Below the pieces are notes generated by a model that saw only the letters and a list, made by a program, of their open reading frames with translations, was not told the DNA's origin and did not search any database. DNA of 64,000 nt. Source: Eledone cirrhosa (lineage: Eukaryota). The DNA lies in assembly GCA_964016885.1 (NCBI GenBank), contig OZ024749.1:37076001-37140000 (forward strand), in the 5' to 3' direction. Made by a program: the position numbers and the translations under genes. Positions 58,468 through 64,000 of this stretch are shown here, piece by piece (the first letter of the stretch is position 1; each line of letters opens with the position of its first letter).

Positions 58468-59060
58468 CTTATGTAGCCAGTCAGTTAATCAGACCATCCC
58501 TCAACTCTACTTCAACACTATCTACACCACCACCACCACCACCACCACCGCCACAACCACCACAAGAACCACCACCACCACCACCACCACCACCACCACC
58601 ACCACCACCACCACCACCACAACCACCACGACCAACACTACTAAAACAACCACCAACACTACCACTAATACGACTTATGTAGCTAGCCAATTTATCAAAC
58701 CATCCATCACCATCACCATCACCAACACCACCACCACCACCACCACCACCACCACCACCACCACCACCACCATCACCACGGCCGCAGCCACCACCACTAC
58801 CACTACTACTACAACTACCACCGGCATCAACATCACCAACAACAACAACCAACACTACTAAAACAACCACCAACACTACCACTAATACGACATATGTAGC
58901 TAGACAGTTTATCAAACCATCCATCACCATCACCAACACCAACACCAACACCACCACCACCACCGCCACCACAACCACCAAGACCAACACTACTAAAACA
59001 ACCACTAACACTACCACTAATACGACATATGTAGCTAGACAGGTTATCAAACCATCCCTC
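58468..59060. repeat. Variable-length (135-215 bp) tandem units: atgtagc..a(g/a)accatcc marker plus (CAC)n
   Basis: Marker recurs at ~58470, ~58675, ~58892 and ~59028. Confidence 0.85.
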
Positions 59061-59116
59061 AAACCCAGTACAATATAACCACCAGCACCACTAACAACGC
59101 TACAACAGCCACCATT

Positions 59117-59412
59117 AATCCCGTCGAGGTTAACTTTGTCTTTCATCCTCACGGGGGTCGATAAAATAAAGTACCAGTAATGTACTGAGGTAAGTTGCTG
59201 GCCTTGTGCCAAAAAGTAGAGGGCGGGGGATTGGCAGTATCGGTAGAGAGTCGGACACCATGCTTTGAAGCATAGAGTTACGTCCCTTTATGATCTGAGT
59301 TCAAACCCCGCCGAGGTTAACTTTGCCTTTCATCCTTACGGGGTCGATAAAATAAAGTACCAGTAATGCACTGGGTAATTGCTGGCCTTGTGCCAAAAGT
59401 AGAAACAATTAT
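59117..59412 (+). mobile_element. SINE A 3' half plus adjacent full SINE A
   Basis: Family matches at 59117-59220 and 59221-59412. Confidence 0.9.
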
Positions 59413-59742
59413 TTAACCCCACCAATATTTAACCCCACCAACACTCCTGCCAACGTCCCAGCTACTACAAAAACCACTAGCACTAGCACTAATACTATTA
59501 CAACCGCTTATGCACCCAGCTATTTTATCAGGACATCCCTTAAGGTTACACCAACAACAACAACAATAACACCACTCCACCCTTTCTGCCGCCATTACCC
59601 ACCACTGTCTTCCAGTTTTTCATTATTCGACAAAACCACTTGTGTTGGAATTAGAACTGCCAAAAATATTCAACAATCAGATTCCAGAGAAGATTAATGA
59701 CTGTCTGAGATTCTGAGACTGGGCATGAGTGAGGGGTCCATG

Positions 59743-59805
<63 letters not shown>

Positions 59806-60039
59806 TACCATATATATAAGGATAATATATATATTATTATATAGAGATAGATAGATATGGATATATAATATAATATATATATATTATATTACCATATATA
59901 TAAGGATAGATATGGATATATATCCATATCTATATATATATATATATATATATATATAGGTTTTAATGTAGATGAGATTCTACAGGACTAGAACTGTTTC
60001 ATTCTTTAGAAATCATCCTGTGATTCAACCCGGAATAAC

Positions 60040-60107
<68 letters not shown>

Positions 60108-60113
60108 ACATAA

Positions 60114-60152
<39 letters not shown>

Positions 60153-60197
60153 TATAAATGCTTATAAATCATATGTATTTATAAGCATTTATAACAT

Positions 60198-60234
<37 letters not shown>

Positions 60235-60284
60235 GCACACAGACATATGTGTGTGTGTGTGCATCTGTATCATATCTATCTACC

Positions 60285-60325
<41 letters not shown>

Positions 60326-60331
60326 ATTATG

Positions 60332-60398
<67 letters not shown>

Positions 60399-60410
60399 TA
60401 TATCTATCTA

Positions 60411-60468
<58 letters not shown>

Positions 60469-61072
60469 CTTGTGTGTGTGTGTATGTATATATATGTGTA
60501 CATGGAATCCAGTGGTACAGTGGTATGAATATGTGATAGACAAAATTGAAAATAATGGACGTCGAACATAACCTCTTCGACTCAGCTGCCATCATTTTCT
60601 TCTTCAATCCTTCAATCTTGGAGAGAGAGATTAGAGTAGAAAGGACAATGTTTCTCTCTATTAACATTGCTGGGAGGTGGATATGAGGAGAAAGGGGTAT
60701 ATAATCCAGGTGAATGGCCTATAAGTAGTCTACCCTGCAAGAAGAAGTCATTTACTCTTTGCTAACATGCAAAGGTTTGGCTTTCTATGAGGTTTTTTGT
60801 AACGTATTAATGGTAAGGGTGAATATTTTATGAAGGCCCCAGAGATAGATAGTGGGATTTGAACTCAGAACGTAGAGTGGCGAGACAAATGCTGCAATGT
60901 GTTTAATCTCCATCAGTACTTTCACCACAACCATCGCCAACGACAATATCAATACAACCAGTAGCACAAACAGCAGCAACAATAACGACAACAACACTGC
61001 CATCACCAACAACACTACCACCACCACTACCACCACCACTACCACCACCACTAACACCACCATCACAACCAG

Positions 61073-61570
61073 CAAAATAACAACATTACCACCACCAACA
61101 ACACTACCACCACCACCACCACCACCACCACCACCAAAATAACAACATTACCACCACCAACAACACTACCACCACCACCACCACCACCACCACCACCACC
61201 ACCAAAATAACAACATTACCACCACCAACAACATTACCACCACCAACAACACTACCACCACCACCACCACCACCACCACCACCAAAATAACAACATTACC
61301 ACCACCAACAACACTACCATCACCACCACCACCACCACCAAAATAACAACATTACCACCACCAACAACACTACCACCACCACCACTACCACCACCACCAC
61401 CACCACCAAAATAACAACATTACCACCACCAACAACACTACCACCACCACCACTACCACCACCACCGCCACCACCAAAATAACAACATTACCACCACCAA
61501 CAACACCACCAACAACACAACCATCACCACCACCACCAAAATAACAACATTACCACCACCAACAACACCA
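61073..61570. repeat. Minisatellite caaaataacaacattaccaccaccaacaacacta(cca)n, ~8 units
   Basis: Direct reading; embedded in CAC/CAT-rich low-complexity DNA from 60920 to 62480. Confidence 0.9.
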
Positions 61571-62531
61571 CCACCACCAACAACACCACCAACAACACTA
61601 CCATCACCAGCACCACCACCACCACCATCACCACCACCAACAACACTACCATCACCATCACCACCACCATCACCACCACCACCATCACCACCACCACCAT
61701 CAGTAGCAGCAACAACAACAAAAACACCATCATCACCATCAACATGATCACTATACCAACACCACAGTTTCAACAACAACAACAACAACAACAATATAGA
61801 CTGGATTTGAACTCTGATCCATGAATTAGTCGTCCAATAGATTATCTACTGAGCCATTTCGCATGCAGCAGACCAGAAACCATCACTACCACCACTACTA
61901 CTACAACTATCACCATCACAAATATATCACCACCACCACCGCCACTACGAACACCATCACCATCACCATCACCATCACCATCACCATCACCATCACCATC
62001 ACCATCACTCTCACAACAACAACAAAACTGCCATTATCACACCACCTACCACCAACAACAATAACACCACCACCACCACCATCAACATCATCACAATATA
62101 TACCACTATCACTACCACCACTACACACACTATGAGCCCCTAATGTCATCACCATCACCAACACCATCACCATCACCATCACCCCCCCCCCCCACACACA
62201 CACACACAACAACAACAAACTGCCATTATCATACCACCTACCACCACCACCGCCGCAACAATACCAACACTACCACCAAAAGCAACAGCAACAACACCAT
62301 CATCAGCTATATCACCACAACAACAACATCAACAATACCAAACACCGCTACCACCATCCCCAGCACCAACACCACCACCACTACCAACCAACCACGACCA
62401 CCACCACGACCACAACAACAACAGCAAAAACAATACCAACACATCTACGACGACCACCTCCACCAACAACAACGACAAAACTGAAATAGTTTATTTTGAA
62501 TCCAAATGCAATCGATCTTATCAGACTAATT

Positions 62532-62549
62532 GCAGCGCCCCCTGCTGGC
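62532..62549 (-). promoter_or_regulatory. Consensus CTCF-binding motif
   Basis: Minus strand GCCAGCAGGGGGCGCTGC matches the canonical CCASYAGRKGGCRS core, isolated in AT-rich DNA. Confidence 0.55.
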
Positions 62550-62704
62550 TAATGATAACAATAGAAATGTATAGCAACAAGGGGAGGTAAGTGTGGGATG
62601 GGGGTTGTGGGGATGTGCTCATTGAAAATAATTCACAGAATAATTAATTAATAATTCACTAATGAATAATAAATTTCATCCTTTAACAAAGCAAGGTAAG
62701 ATCA

Positions 62705-62775
<71 letters not shown>

Positions 62776-63138
62776 CACTCACACACACACACACGCACAT
62801 ATATATATATTTACATGCACGCACACATAAATGTATATAAATGTATATCCGCATACACAGACTGATATACAAACATATATATATATATATATGTATGTAT
62901 ATATATATATATATAAAACATATATATATATATATATATATACACTCATATATGCAAGTACATATGCATAAATATCCACATATACACGCATGTAGATATA
63001 CACACGTGCATATAGACGCACACGCACTTATACACACATAGATATACATACATACATACACACACACTCTTACTTTCCCTCGTTCATTTTCATTCACTCA
63101 CCCGTACCTCAACACACACACTTATCTATAATTTTACG

Positions 63139-63192
<54 letters not shown>

Positions 63193-63289
63193 TATATTTA
63201 TATATATATACATATATATATGTTTATATATATACATATATAATATATGTATATGTTTATATATATACATATACATATATATACATATG

Positions 63290-63357
<68 letters not shown>

Positions 63358-63466
63358 AAGTGAGAGAGGGGGGGGGGGCTATTCCATCGTGGAAAATCCT
63401 TTTGGACACTTAAAAACATAAAGCTGTTATATTCACTTTTCCCCCTCATTTAATTCAACCGAATGT

Positions 63467-63608
63467 ATATTTTATGTGACAAAAATGTCGTCGCACTTCT
63501 AGAGCCTGGTCTCTGACAGAATACTACTGTATCTCTTGCAATATGTATATTGTGGCATTGACCAGGCTGCAGGAGTGCGACGAAATTCATTTGTCACGTG
63601 ATAATATT
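63467..63608. mobile_element. Imperfect hairpin, MITE-like element
   Basis: atgtgacaaa..tcgtcgcacttctagagcctggtc pairs with gaccaggctgcaggagtgcgacga..tttgtcacgt. Confidence 0.6.
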
Positions 63609-63881
63609 CAGTGCGGTGTTTTGCTCGTGTCGAGACGTGGACACTGAAAGTGGAGCCTGTGTGTGTTTATGTGTATGTGTGAGAAAGTAAGAGTAAGGGG
63701 TCGAGTATGTGTGATGGGTGGGAACAAATGAGGCGAGCATGCTCTGTCGGTCGTGTTATACTGGCGTGTTATACATGAACGATGCAGGATAGATGAAGTG
63801 ACAGGAAAATTAAGCAACAGGGCAATCAATCGTAGATTACATACTAGATATACATATATATATATATTCATACATACATAT

Positions 63882-63918
<37 letters not shown>

Positions 63919-63939
63919 TTCATACATACATATATACAT

Positions 63940-64000
<61 letters not shown>

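Noticed and set aside
59795-60195. Small hairpins and duplications (gatatggatatatccatatc; taaatgcttataaat..atttataagcattta)
   Set aside because: Short, low-complexity TA snap-back products; consistent with the larger pattern but not independent elements.

Overview
Very AT-rich, microsatellite-saturated non-coding eukaryotic DNA. Its style (long (TA)n/(CA)n/(TATG)n tracts, two abundant tRNA-derived SINE families, R4/Dong, RTE and Tx1-like LINE debris) suggests an octopus or other coleoid genome; this is an inference. No intact host gene is supported, and almost all listed ORFs are microsatellite artefacts. The main signal is a set of short (about 100-600 bp) elements embedded in (TA)n tracts. 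Many are fold-back palindromes, and they carry minimal type-I hammerhead ribozymes (HHR). I read ten complete or near-complete HHR motifs and several 3' halves, from at least five sequence families. The best examples carry two outward-facing HHRs, one per strand, with covarying stem I and self-complementary stem III. This resembles non-autonomous Penelope-like (pLTR) derivatives, but no Penelope ORF is in the window. Also present: (TA)n-centred inverted duplications of flanking DNA, a SINE whose A-box segment is amplified 43 times in phase, a 99-bp array from an RTE 3' end, a 95-bp SINE-tail array, piggyBac-like and Tigger-like MITEs, and a consensus CTCF motif. All coordinates were read by eye and may be off by a few bases.
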